A stretch of DNA of 64,000 nt from the NCBI GenBank assembly GCA_964342465.1, contig CAYFFQ010000001.1, forward strand, positions 279,691 to 343,690, given 5' to 3'. Position 1 is the first letter of the stretch. Each line of letters begins with the position of its first letter. Below are positions 9,266 through 18,165 of this stretch, one piece after another. The DNA is from an uncultured Candidatus Poseidoniales archaeon. GTDB taxonomy: Archaea; Thermoplasmatota; Poseidoniia; Poseidoniales; Thalassarchaeaceae. The position numbers and the translations under genes were made by a program. Below the pieces are notes generated by a model. That model had not been told where the DNA came from. It worked only from the letters and a program-made list of their open reading frames with translations, and searched no databases.

Positions 9266-10807
9266 TCACCGACGGTCAATACAGAGTTGCACTTCTCGCT
9301 CAATCACATTCTCCTGTGTAGTGAGTCTTCCACTCCAGTCTAGAGGAACCTGCCCAGTGGCGTTCTGGGTGGCCATCTCCGTGCCATCTCCTAGGAGACA
9401 GAGTTTCTCACCGAGTTGTGTTCCTTCCCTATTCACCCATAGAGTTCCATTGTCCTCACTGACGATGCCGTTGATCTTCACCAATTTGTTGATGTCCCAC
9501 TGCCACGAGTCATAGCCCTCAGTCCAAGCGAGGGTGACCACAGGTATCGGCTCTTCAACCCAGATTGACATGGTGTGAACCTGAAGGAGCAGCCGTGCAT
9601 CAACGGAGTCCCAGATGAGTGTAGCAGAGACCGTCACCTTGGTGCCGGCTTCGACCCATTCGTCACGCGCCCCTTCCAAGACGATTCTCAGTTTCGTTGA
9701 GCGGCTGAAGTAGTCCGGTCCGTCAGCGAGGTATCCCTTGTTGTAGTCGGGGGAAATCGGGCTGTCAATCCAACCGACGAGGTCCAATGTCTGATTGCGG
9801 TAGGCGTTGGGGTCGCGCACAAGGTCGGACAAGGGGGTGGTATCGCCTCCGATGTCTCCAGTCGGGTTGATGAGTTCTGTGGATTGTCCGTGGTCGAGAC
9901 AGAGTTGGATTCTCTCCTCTTCCCACACCAGTCTGCCGGAAAAATCACCGATGTCACCATGACTGTCATTTTCATGGGGGAGTAGACATAGTTTGTTGTT
10001 CTCCCCCGGTCCCATTATCCACCACGCACCGCTGTCGTTATTGGCTTCACCTTCGATGGTGACCAGCGAGCCGATATCATAGGACCAAGTTGTCGAATCT
10101 GCGCTCCAAGAGAGCCTCTTGGCACCGGCGGCGTGGATGATGGTTATCTGGGTCGAATGAGTCTGAAGTTGCCAGCGGAAATCACGCTCAGACCAGCGTA
10201 CCCAACCGGTCACGATGATTTTTGAACCAGCCTCATAACTCTCATTGAGCCGCCCCTCAATCGCCAGTGAGATGATGTGGTCGGCATTTCCGTATGATGG
10301 ATGGTCCATCAGTGATGAAACTTGGCGGGTGACATTCCCTTCGAGCACATCACCCGAATATCCGACCAGTGAGATGAGGTCACCCTCGAACGCTGCAGGG
10401 TCGTGCGATACGCCAGTGAGATTCATGTTGTGAACCTCAGGAACCCAATCGCGGTCCCACTGAACCGCACCAGCACCCTTTGATGAGAGCCAGATTCTGC
10501 CATTCCACTCAGTCACCTCGCCTACTACCTGCACCAATGTCCCGATTGGTGGGAGGATGCCTGTCTCGGTCCATCTCACCTCACTGACATTGTAGCCATC
10601 CTCGACCAGCAGGTCGATTCTGTCCGTACCACTATCGTAGGGGTCACGCACATAGGAGGTCAATTCCCCACGAATTTTCACTGACTCCCTGATGTGTTCA
10701 TGCAGGTCAGCGATTTCCACGATGTCAGGTTCCCTGACAACAGCATAGAAATTCATCACGCTGACGAGGAGAATGCTCAGGAAGAACATCGCCCATAGTT
10801 TCGCCAT
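9266..10807 (-). CDS. N-terminally anchored/secreted hypothetical protein with duplicated two-part module
   Basis: 513 aa. N-terminal hydrophobic segment MAKLWAMFFLSILLVSVMNFYAVV. Internal duplication is described in the findings. It lies 16 nt upstream of the next gene on the same strand. Confidence 0.75.
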   Translation of the reverse strand: MAKLWAMFFLSILLVSVMNFYAVVREPDIVEIADLHEHIRESVKIRGELTSYVRDPYDSGTDRIDLLVEDGYNVSEVRWTETGILPPIGTLVQVVGEVTEWNGRIWLSSKGAGAVQWDRDWVPEVHNMNLTGVSHDPAAFEGDLISLVGYSGDVLEGNVTRQVSSLMDHPSYGNADHIISLAIEGRLNESYEAGSKIIVTGWVRWSERDFRWQLQTHSTQITIIHAAGAKRLSWSADSTTWSYDIGSLVTIEGEANNDSGAWWIMGPGENNKLCLLPHENDSHGDIGDFSGRLVWEEERIQLCLDHGQSTELINPTGDIGGDTTPLSDLVRDPNAYRNQTLDLVGWIDSPISPDYNKGYLADGPDYFSRSTKLRIVLEGARDEWVEAGTKVTVSATLIWDSVDARLLLQVHTMSIWVEEPIPVVTLAWTEGYDSWQWDINKLVKINGIVSEDNGTLWVNREGTQLGEKLCLLGDGTEMATQNATGQVPLDWSGRLTTQENVIEREVQLCIDRR

Positions 10808-10915
10808 ACCTTCGCACGGTCAACTATTCGGCTTGAAGGTTGGGGGGAATGAAGTGAGAGAACAGATGGAAAAATCGTAGAGTGGTTTATCCTCTATCGC
10901 TATAGTGGTAGGGCT

Positions 10916-12262
10916 GTGAAGCAACCGCCAAGCCACTCCCGTCTTCTCTTCGCATTGACCATCTTCGCCCTCTGTGCCACATTGAGCACACCACCTCACA
11001 ATTCTCTCGGGAACATCTATTCCGGACAATCATCCGATGCTGATACAGCGGGCGACTCTGAGAGAGTCACTTCCAATTGGACAGCGCATCTCCCAGTTTG
11101 GCAGGTGGGTGAAAAGTGGGTCTACGACATCGTCCTCGACGCGAGGGAGATGGTGGCTAACTCGTCCGACCTTGAAGGTGCGGAATTGGACCCATTGGTG
11201 GGAGAAGCGACCATTGAAGTCATGGGTGTGGAAGAGAGAGATGTTGGCGGTGCAATCACTCCTGTCTATCGAATACTCACTGATGCCGAGGTAGTAGGAG
11301 ATGGGAGGGATTTCCCTGCCCCTATCCTTGGAAGGGTGGATGGTTATCTTACCTCTGGATTCACCCTCACCGAATACCTCAGGGTCGGCGACTTGGCGCT
11401 GGTGGAATATGACAAAGAGATTCAAATGAGATTCACTGCTGAGGTCGCCTTCGTTGAACAGACGGTGGAAGTTGCTGATTTCGTTGAGTCAGGCGCATAT
11501 ACACCGCCCCTAGAGTTCTATGATTACCCGATGGCGGACAACGAATCGTGGAATTTAGTGACCAATCTGACCAAGACTTACAGTGGAAGCAGTGATGTGG
11601 TCACCCTACCCGAGCAACCCGAATACTTTGACCAAGAGTGGTTGTTCAACATCAATGAGAGTGGGGATGGTGGTTACGCTGGTTGTGAGAACAGCACCCG
11701 AGTCTGGCAGACCAACCCCGACGGAGAGGTTGAAGAGTGGAGGTGGTGGTGTCCAGCCGTCAATCAGTATTCGCGACGATGGACCAACGATATCGCCCTC
11801 GGTGGAGTGGATGCGGACCTTCAGTTGACCGCATACACAACCCCGACTTCCTCGATGTTCGTAGAAGTGGTTGTGCAACCGGAATCTACTCCCCTGAACA
11901 GCGAAGTTGATATTGTGGTCAACATCACTGACTCATTCGGGAATGCTGTTGTAGGGGAGTCTGGGTTCATTTATCTTCATGGTGTCACACCACTGACATT
12001 CATTACCGACGAAAACGGAACATCACAAGTGAGGATGCAGGTCGGGAACAGTATGGATGACACCCCCACTGCTGATGATTGGGCCACTCATGGGATCGTC
12101 GCCTATCTGCACGCCGACCAAAGTGTCGGGGCGACAACCGTGACGCTTGAAGGAAGTGCGATAGGTGGTCTGTTGAGAATTCATGCCAATAATCTTGCAT
12201 ATCACGCCTCATCAACGATGGCCTCCCAATCGGCAATGTTTGAGGCTTCGGTTAGATACTGA
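10916..12262 (+). CDS. secreted hypothetical protein with C-terminal Ig-like segment
   Basis: 448 aa, GTG start. Signal peptide SRLLFALTIFALCATLSTPP. The segment VVQPESTPLNSEVDIVVNITDSFGNAVVGESGFIYLHG looks like a bacterial Ig-like (Big) strand pattern. No C-terminal TM. Confidence 0.7.
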   Translation: MKQPPSHSRLLFALTIFALCATLSTPPHNSLGNIYSGQSSDADTAGDSERVTSNWTAHLPVWQVGEKWVYDIVLDAREMVANSSDLEGAELDPLVGEATIEVMGVEERDVGGAITPVYRILTDAEVVGDGRDFPAPILGRVDGYLTSGFTLTEYLRVGDLALVEYDKEIQMRFTAEVAFVEQTVEVADFVESGAYTPPLEFYDYPMADNESWNLVTNLTKTYSGSSDVVTLPEQPEYFDQEWLFNINESGDGGYAGCENSTRVWQTNPDGEVEEWRWWCPAVNQYSRRWTNDIALGGVDADLQLTAYTTPTSSMFVEVVVQPESTPLNSEVDIVVNITDSFGNAVVGESGFIYLHGVTPLTFITDENGTSQVRMQVGNSMDDTPTADDWATHGIVAYLHADQSVGATTVTLEGSAIGGLLRIHANNLAYHASSTMASQSAMFEASVRY

Positions 12263-12267
12263 ACTCC

Positions 12268-13374
12268 TCACAGGTCAAGGTCATCCAAGGGGTCGTGTGG
12301 CTCGTCTTCTCCACTCTCATCTGCCGCCTCGCTGTCGCTTACAATCGGAATCACCGGAGCGGTCATTCGTGGTTTCGGCACCATACTCAGCCCGAATCGA
12401 GTGGCTCCGATTCCGATGACGACAAGAACCGCGAAACAGGCGAGCAGTATAGGCATCAGAGAATTAGTTGATTCATTCGCGTCGTGCGGTTCAGTGACAT
12501 AATATCGATAGTCGACCAAGGTGGCCGAAAGGGTCAATGTTCCATTGTGCCATCTCTCCGTGCGCGCAAGAAATCCCTCAGAGCGGAAGAAATCGACGGT
12601 CGTGGTGTTATCGGAAAGGTCAACCCTCTCGACAGCCAAGGTGTCGTGCCTCTTTTCGTTGAGGTCGCCATAGTGAACATCCCTCTCACCTAACACACGA
12701 AATGCAACCTGTGTCACATTGGAGTGGTTGTATTCCCTCTCAGACCAGAGGCCGTGGTTTTCGCGAACCCTCTCAGTGCCACTCACTTCAACCCTCTCTT
12801 CGACATCCCAGATTCCTCCGAGTTCAACTCTCACGGGGAAATGCCCAACCCTCTCGACGAGTTTGACTTCTCTCAGTTCGTGTTCAAGGAGGTTTTCTTC
12901 CCCCCCACCGGAAAATGTCGTGGTGGTGCTCGTCACGCTGTCCAGTTTTTCCCAACCGGCAGTTCCACGCGCCTGCCAATGGGTCGCGTAGTGAGTGATG
13001 CTCATGTTCAGGGTGTCGTTGTCGTAGTTGGTGGTATTTGCCTGCCAACCGACGGAGATGTTGACGGTGTGACTGATTTCCGCCTTGATACAATCACCGG
13101 ACCAAGAGAGGATGGTGCATACTTCGTTTCCCTTATGGGTGACGCGCAATTCTTCCACATCGTTCAGGGTTACCCCTTCGAAGTTCTCTTCGCCTTCCCA
13201 CTGTTCTCTCAGTTTTGCTGTCAGTGATTCAGAGTATCCCTCGTAGACGAACCAGTCATCGGGAGTGTAGTCCGGATTGCTCACCATCTCTATTGCCGAT
13301 ACATGAGGCAGAGGGATGAAGAGGATGATTAATAGGCAGATGAAAGCGTTACGCCCACACTTGACCAGCCTCAT
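12268..13374 (-). CDS. type I membrane protein, hypothetical, acidic DDLDL C-terminus
   Basis: 368 aa, ATG start. Signal peptide NAFICLLIILFIPLPHVSA, C-terminal TM LMPILLACFAVLVVIGIGA, tail ending DEPHDPLDDLDL. Confidence 0.7.
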   Translation of the reverse strand: MRLVKCGRNAFICLLIILFIPLPHVSAIEMVSNPDYTPDDWFVYEGYSESLTAKLREQWEGEENFEGVTLNDVEELRVTHKGNEVCTILSWSGDCIKAEISHTVNISVGWQANTTNYDNDTLNMSITHYATHWQARGTAGWEKLDSVTSTTTTFSGGGEENLLEHELREVKLVERVGHFPVRVELGGIWDVEERVEVSGTERVRENHGLWSEREYNHSNVTQVAFRVLGERDVHYGDLNEKRHDTLAVERVDLSDNTTTVDFFRSEGFLARTERWHNGTLTLSATLVDYRYYVTEPHDANESTNSLMPILLACFAVLVVIGIGATRFGLSMVPKPRMTAPVIPIVSDSEAADESGEDEPHDPLDDLDL

Positions 13375-13442
13375 GTTGTAGCAAGGTGAGAGTTTTTGTT
13401 TTCAGCGTGACGGCGGAATGGGGCAGATTCAAAGCGATTAGG

Positions 13443-13461
13443 GCTCACCCAAAGGGTGAGC
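13443..13461. promoter_or_regulatory. perfect palindrome GCTCACCC-AAA-GGGTGAGC, 21 nt upstream of the subtilase ATG
   Basis: 8-bp arms with an AAA centre. Its core ACCCAAAGGGT is identical to the site at 49615-49625. It sits between a T-rich box (13393-13402) and the GGAG at 13473-13476. Confidence 0.4.
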
Positions 13462-13482
13462 GATATGCAGGTGGAGTCAGGT

Positions 13483-15474
13483 ATGAACCTCAAGCGAGTC
13501 GTCATTTTGACGATAAACCTCTCAGTGATGGCCCTGTTCATCATGCCGTTGATTGGTGCTGCTGCTACCATTCCCGCTTCTGAGGGGGGCGCTCTGAAAC
13601 CGTGGTGGGAGACTACCAACATGGACAAGGATGGCGATAAGATTCACGATGCCATTCCGATAGCAATTCGTAGCACTCAGCGCGATTGGGTTGACGCTGA
13701 GGGGCGCATCGGAGTCATCGTTGATTTTGACCACACACCGACTGAAGCGGATGAAAGAATGTTGGAAAAGAGGGTGGATTTCAGAGTTGAGTTCAGGTAT
13801 CATCTGATAGATTCAATCGCCGGAACCGTCGAAACCAGCAGGATTGGGACTCTTGCCAATCTCCCCGGTGTCGTGCTGGTCGAAATTGACGGAATACTGA
13901 CCATCCAAATGGAGGATGTGAAAGAAGTTCACGGGGTCACTAATGTTTGGGATGAGACAGGTTACACAGGTGCAGGCTCAGTCGTGGCCATCATCGATAC
14001 CGGTATTGACGGCAACCACACTGGTCTTGATGACCTTGATGATGACAATTCCACAAATGACCCGAAAATCATAGGATTCTATGATGTAATCAACGCCCCC
14101 GACCAGACCAACGGTACCGATGTCACGCCTTATGACGACCAAGGTCACGGAAGTCACTGCGCCGGTATCACTGCGGGAACCGGAGCGCCGACCTACGAGC
14201 ATGTCGGCATCGCCCCAGAGGCGCAACTCGTCGGGGTGAAGGTACTCGACTCCGGCGGTTCTGGTTCATTCGCACAGGTGATGCAGGGGATGCAGTGGAC
14301 GGTTGACAATCGTCACAAATTCAACATCAGAGCCGCCTCGATGAGTCTCGGCGGCCCTGGTGCATCAGAATGGACCGCAAGTGAACAGGAGAGCACCAAC
14401 CGGATGGCCAACGAGATGGTCAGGGCAGGTATTGCCCTCTTCATCGCTGCCGGCAATTCAGCCTTTTCCGCCCAGATAGGAACCCCCGGCAGCGCCGAGG
14501 ATGTCATCACGGTGGGTGCGCTGGACAAGGACACCGGCATCGCCATCTATTCATCTCAAGGACCGACTGAAGAGGGTAGAATCAAGCCAAACATAGCCTT
14601 TGTCGGAAGCAATGTCATGTCAGTGGAAGCAAACAGCGGCGATGGCTACACATCTATGTCTGGGACCAGCATGGCGACTCCCGGAGCCGCCGGCCTCGCC
14701 GCTCTCATGTATCAAGCCAATCCAGACCTCTCACCTTTCGATGTCCGTAACATCATGCAGGAGACTGCCACCTATCGGCAATGTCACTACCTGCTCAAGA
14801 ACGAACCTTGTGCTGAAGACCTCATCCCCAAGAATCGTCAGAACAATGTCTACGGACATGGTCATACGAATGCAGAACCCTCGGTAATGGAAGCAGCCAA
14901 CAGGGTGTTCGGCTTAACCCTCTCAATCAATGTATCATCCTTGACAGAAACCGCTAGTGACAACAAGGTTCACATCGGACCGGGTGAAGTGGTTGATTTC
15001 AACATCATTGGAGAACCTGCCGGCAAGGTTCAATGGCGAACATGGGATATGCGTGACTACTGGTCTGACCATCCTGATTTCATAGCCGGTGATACAGATT
15101 TCGCCATCACGCACGCCATGCTGAATGACCGACTCAAGTACCTGCCGGGCAACGAGGTGGTGGGCAACCAGACCATCATCGTTAGGGCTATCACAGGGGA
15201 TAACGCATCAACCAACGCGGTGGTTCACCTGCATGTCATGGGCGACACTCCTCTCACAGTTGGGCAAGAGGGTGGGGGAATTGATGGATTGGTTCTGCTT
15301 CTCGCAGCCCTGTTGTTCATCTTCGCCATCGGCTTGGTGGTCATGTTCCTCATGCTCCGTGGCGTCATCTCCTCTCCTGACAGATGGGCGGAGGTCATTG
15401 AAGGCGATGACTTCGGTGACCGCGAGATGATGGATGGAGAGTTGCTCGACATCATCTCAGGCGACTCCGGTTGA
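13483..15474 (+). CDS. subtilisin-like serine protease (S8), secreted, C-terminal TM anchor
   Basis: Catalytic motifs VVAIIDTGIDGNH (Asp), HGSHCAGI (His), SGTSMATPGAAG (Ser). Signal peptide MNLKRVVILTINLSVMALFIMPLIGAAA, with GGAG 6 nt before ATG 13483 (the ORF is open from GTG 13456). C-terminal TM GLVLLLAALLFIFAIGLVVMFLML plus an acidic tail. Confidence 0.9.
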   Translation: MNLKRVVILTINLSVMALFIMPLIGAAATIPASEGGALKPWWETTNMDKDGDKIHDAIPIAIRSTQRDWVDAEGRIGVIVDFDHTPTEADERMLEKRVDFRVEFRYHLIDSIAGTVETSRIGTLANLPGVVLVEIDGILTIQMEDVKEVHGVTNVWDETGYTGAGSVVAIIDTGIDGNHTGLDDLDDDNSTNDPKIIGFYDVINAPDQTNGTDVTPYDDQGHGSHCAGITAGTGAPTYEHVGIAPEAQLVGVKVLDSGGSGSFAQVMQGMQWTVDNRHKFNIRAASMSLGGPGASEWTASEQESTNRMANEMVRAGIALFIAAGNSAFSAQIGTPGSAEDVITVGALDKDTGIAIYSSQGPTEEGRIKPNIAFVGSNVMSVEANSGDGYTSMSGTSMATPGAAGLAALMYQANPDLSPFDVRNIMQETATYRQCHYLLKNEPCAEDLIPKNRQNNVYGHGHTNAEPSVMEAANRVFGLTLSINVSSLTETASDNKVHIGPGEVVDFNIIGEPAGKVQWRTWDMRDYWSDHPDFIAGDTDFAITHAMLNDRLKYLPGNEVVGNQTIIVRAITGDNASTNAVVHLHVMGDTPLTVGQEGGGIDGLVLLLAALLFIFAIGLVVMFLMLRGVISSPDRWAEVIEGDDFGDREMMDGELLDIISGDSG

Positions 15475-15516
15475 GCCATCCAGTTTGGATTCCTCTCTAT
15501 CGTGAGGTGTTGAATA

Positions 15517-16368
15517 ATGGGTTGGCCAATCCTCATCTCAGCACTTATCGCCGGGTTGGCGGCGATAACTGTCACAGTGGTGATTGAGAAATGGGGTGGC
15601 CTACATGGTGGGGCGTTGGCTACAGTACCCTCAACCATCATTCCTGCAGCCATCGGTATTTGGTATGGCTCAGAAAGTGTTGAGACATTTCAGTCGGCCA
15701 TGTACATAGTTCCTCTCGGGTTGGTGGTCAATGGGCTCTTCCTTTACATGTGGCGTATCCTCCCCTCGAGAATACCGCACCACCCCCTCACTCTTCGTCT
15801 GACCATGATTTCGACCCTTTCTCTCATTGTCTGGGCTGCTGCTGCCGCTGCCGGCATTGAATTATTCATCAGATTGATTGCTATCGGGGTTCCTAGCCTC
15901 ACTCTCGCTGTCGCATGGCTATGCACAGGTCTTATTTTCGGTCTGCTCTCGACCCGCACCCATCGTCCAACTCCGCGCGGTAAGAGGAAGGTAAGCACAT
16001 TGACACTCGTAGCCCGCGGTTTGGCTGCCGCCATTTCCATCGGGGCTGCAGTCTGGTTGGCTGGTATCGGCATACCGCTGCTGAGCGGAATAATGACCAT
16101 ATTTCCAGCCATATTCCTCACCAGCATGGTCGCCCTCTGGCTGGCTCAAGGCGAAGCCGTTCCAGCAGGAGCAATCGGACCGATGATATTCGGGGCTCAA
16201 TCGGTATCCCTCTTCGCGATACTAGTGGCTAGCCTATACCCTCACACATCTACCATTGTCGGTCTTTCCGTTACAACAATGGCGGCTTGGGTGGTCTCGG
16301 TGGGGGCAGTCAACTTGCCAGTTTGGTATTATCTAAGGAGCAGGTCAGAGGGAGTTGAATTGGTGTAG
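15517..16368 (+). CDS. polytopic membrane protein (about 8 TM), hypothetical
   Basis: 283 aa, almost entirely hydrophobic helices. GAGGTG (15504-15509) lies 7 nt before the ATG. The gene starts 43 nt after the subtilase stop on the same strand. Two similar halves are possible (..GGALATVPSTIIPAAIG.. vs ..SGIMTIFPAIFLTSMVA..). Confidence 0.7.
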   Translation: MGWPILISALIAGLAAITVTVVIEKWGGLHGGALATVPSTIIPAAIGIWYGSESVETFQSAMYIVPLGLVVNGLFLYMWRILPSRIPHHPLTLRLTMISTLSLIVWAAAAAAGIELFIRLIAIGVPSLTLAVAWLCTGLIFGLLSTRTHRPTPRGKRKVSTLTLVARGLAAAISIGAAVWLAGIGIPLLSGIMTIFPAIFLTSMVALWLAQGEAVPAGAIGPMIFGAQSVSLFAILVASLYPHTSTIVGLSVTTMAAWVVSVGAVNLPVWYYLRSRSEGVELV

Positions 16369-16605
16369 GATGGTGGATGCTACACCCACTCCTAAACATC
16401 GTTTATTCACCAATCGGAGCAATAACTCAGGACGATTAACCTACTACCCCCGAGACATTGAAACTTGATGTACAGGAGTAATACGATTTTGAGCCGTATT
16501 GAAAGCCATACCTCTCCTTGGCCCCATCAGGGCGGAGATAGTGTAATGGGGATAGGTGCATTGAAAATGAACAACAAGCCCCCGTCACTGATGGAGGGGT
16601 GACTG

Positions 16606-17856
16606 TTGGGCGACAAGCGATACATCAGAGATGCCCTTCATGGAGACATCATCCTTCCCGACACAGTCAGCAGAATCGTCGATACTCAGACCTTTCAGCG
16701 GCTCCGCTACATCCAACAGTTGGCAACATGTCATTACGCATTTCCTTCGGCGACACATACCCGTTTTTCCCATTCCATAGGGGTTTTTCACCTCGCTACC
16801 CGCTTGGTTGCGTTACTCAGAGAGCGACACCCTCGAAAAATTAGTGACCGAGATGCTGAACTCGTCCCCCTCGCGGCCCTCTTACACGACGTCGGGCATC
16901 CACCCTTCTCACACATGTTCGAGACACCTGAGGTTTTCACAACCTACGCCTCCCATGAACAGTGGGGTAGGGCGATGATGGTTGACCATGAGTGTGACCT
17001 CTCACGTTCGCTATGTGAACAACTTGGGGATGATGTCAAGAGATTGCTCGCCATCATGGAAGGTGATGAGTCAGTGGAACCATTTCTACATGAGATTGTT
17101 TCATCACAACTCGATGTCGACCGCCTTGATTATCTGATGCGTGACCAGTTTGTGACCGGAGCGGATGTCGGTGGATTCGATATGGAGCGGATTCTCAGAG
17201 CCATCAGGATTTCAACTGATGGACACCTCGTCATCAGCGAAGAATCGGTCTCAGCGGTGGAAGCGTATCTAGTCACCAGACTACACATGTATCAATCAGT
17301 ATATTTCCACAAACTCACCATGCTCACTTCCGTCTACTATGTCAGAGCCCTGAACAGAGCGCGACAATTGCACGAAGAAGGCTCACTCCCTCTCTCATTG
17401 AAGATGCGAGACATGCTTTCGAGCAGGACACTAACCCCCTATCGATACTCCCAGTTGACCGACCCGTTCGTCATCGCTGATGTTTTCCATTGGTCGGACC
17501 ATGATGATGAGATTCTTTCCGGTTATGCGCGAAGACTCTCCAGCCGCGACCATTTTCACAAGAGAATTAGAATTGTCATGGATGAAAACTCAGTTTCTGA
17601 TGTGCGAGACGGACTTTCGGACATTCTGCAAGAACACGGTTATGATGAGCAACATGACTTGATACACACTCGCCTCTCCAAGGAGGGATACATGCCCTAC
17701 AAAGGTGGTGTCAGGCTTGAGGATGGGAGGGATGTTTCTGAGGTATCTCCGATGATTGCCTCGATGTCCGAGCCGTTCACCTCATCGATGCTCTTCGTGC
17801 CGGCTGATGTGCGAGAGGAATGCGAGCGTTACATACGAGCCACCCAAGTCCGATGA
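16606..17856 (+). CDS. HD-domain phosphohydrolase, SAMHD1/dGTPase-like
   Basis: IRDALHGDI...FQRLRYIQQL, THTRFSHSIGV, LLHDVGHPPFSH and QLDVDRLDYLMRD match the HD ..H..HD..D pattern of SAMHD1-like dNTP triphosphohydrolases. TTG start as given by the ORF track; the true start is uncertain. Confidence 0.8.
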   Translation: MGDKRYIRDALHGDIILPDTVSRIVDTQTFQRLRYIQQLATCHYAFPSATHTRFSHSIGVFHLATRLVALLRERHPRKISDRDAELVPLAALLHDVGHPPFSHMFETPEVFTTYASHEQWGRAMMVDHECDLSRSLCEQLGDDVKRLLAIMEGDESVEPFLHEIVSSQLDVDRLDYLMRDQFVTGADVGGFDMERILRAIRISTDGHLVISEESVSAVEAYLVTRLHMYQSVYFHKLTMLTSVYYVRALNRARQLHEEGSLPLSLKMRDMLSSRTLTPYRYSQLTDPFVIADVFHWSDHDDEILSGYARRLSSRDHFHKRIRIVMDENSVSDVRDGLSDILQEHGYDEQHDLIHTRLSKEGYMPYKGGVRLEDGRDVSEVSPMIASMSEPFTSSMLFVPADVREECERYIRATQVR

Positions 17857-17863
17857 AGGGCTT

Positions 17864-17960
17864 GGTTGCGGCCATCGCTGTTCACATCCTGATGTGCAGT
17901 AGTTTGCGCCTCGTAGGTAGGATGAGTGGCTAGGTTGCAGCCATCGCTGTTCACATCCTG
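17864..17960. repeat. 28-bp direct repeat x2 (27/28 identical), period 69 bp
   Basis: GGTTGCGGCCATCGCTGTTCACATCCTG (17864-17891) and GGTTGCAGCCATCGCTGTTCACATCCTG (17933-17960). They lie in the convergent gap between the HD gene stop (17856) and the tRNA 3' end (17999). Confidence 0.85.
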
Positions 17961-17998
17961 GTCTGCGACAAATAATGAAGAGCAGAGATGAATCAAGG

Positions 17999-18073
17999 TG
18001 GGCCTGACCGGATTCGAACCGATGGCTACTCGGTTATGAGCCGAGTGCTCTAACCAGACTAAGCTACAGGCCC
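17999..18073 (-). tRNA. tRNA with anticodon CAU (elongator tRNA-Met, or tRNA-Ile2 if C34 is modified)
   Basis: A 75-nt cloverleaf folded by hand: acceptor GGGCCTG/CAGGCCC, D stem GCTT/GAGC, anticodon stem CTCGG/CCGAG with loop CTCATAA, 5-nt variable loop, T arm ATCGG-TTCGAAT-CCGGT, discriminator A. CCA is not fully encoded. G1:C72 argues against an initiator. Confidence 0.9.
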
Positions 18074-18165
18074 CCGCTCCGCCGGTGATGCCTGCCATTG
18101 TTGAAAGTTGGCTTTGATACGGATGCGCCCGCACGCTGAAATAGGATTGGCTGAGAGGCGCAATC

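Noticed and set aside
15517-16368. Archaeosortase-type processing enzyme for the many anchored surface proteins.
   Set aside because: None of the anchored proteins has a PGF-CTERM-like tripartite signal (they end in acidic tails). I could not recognise the conserved Cys/Arg/His archaeosortase motifs in this membrane protein.
17857-18165. Integrated element or att site at the tRNA, suggested by the 28-bp direct repeats.
   Set aside because: The repeats do not overlap the tRNA body and are only 69 bp apart. No integrase, transposase or foreign-looking genes flank them.
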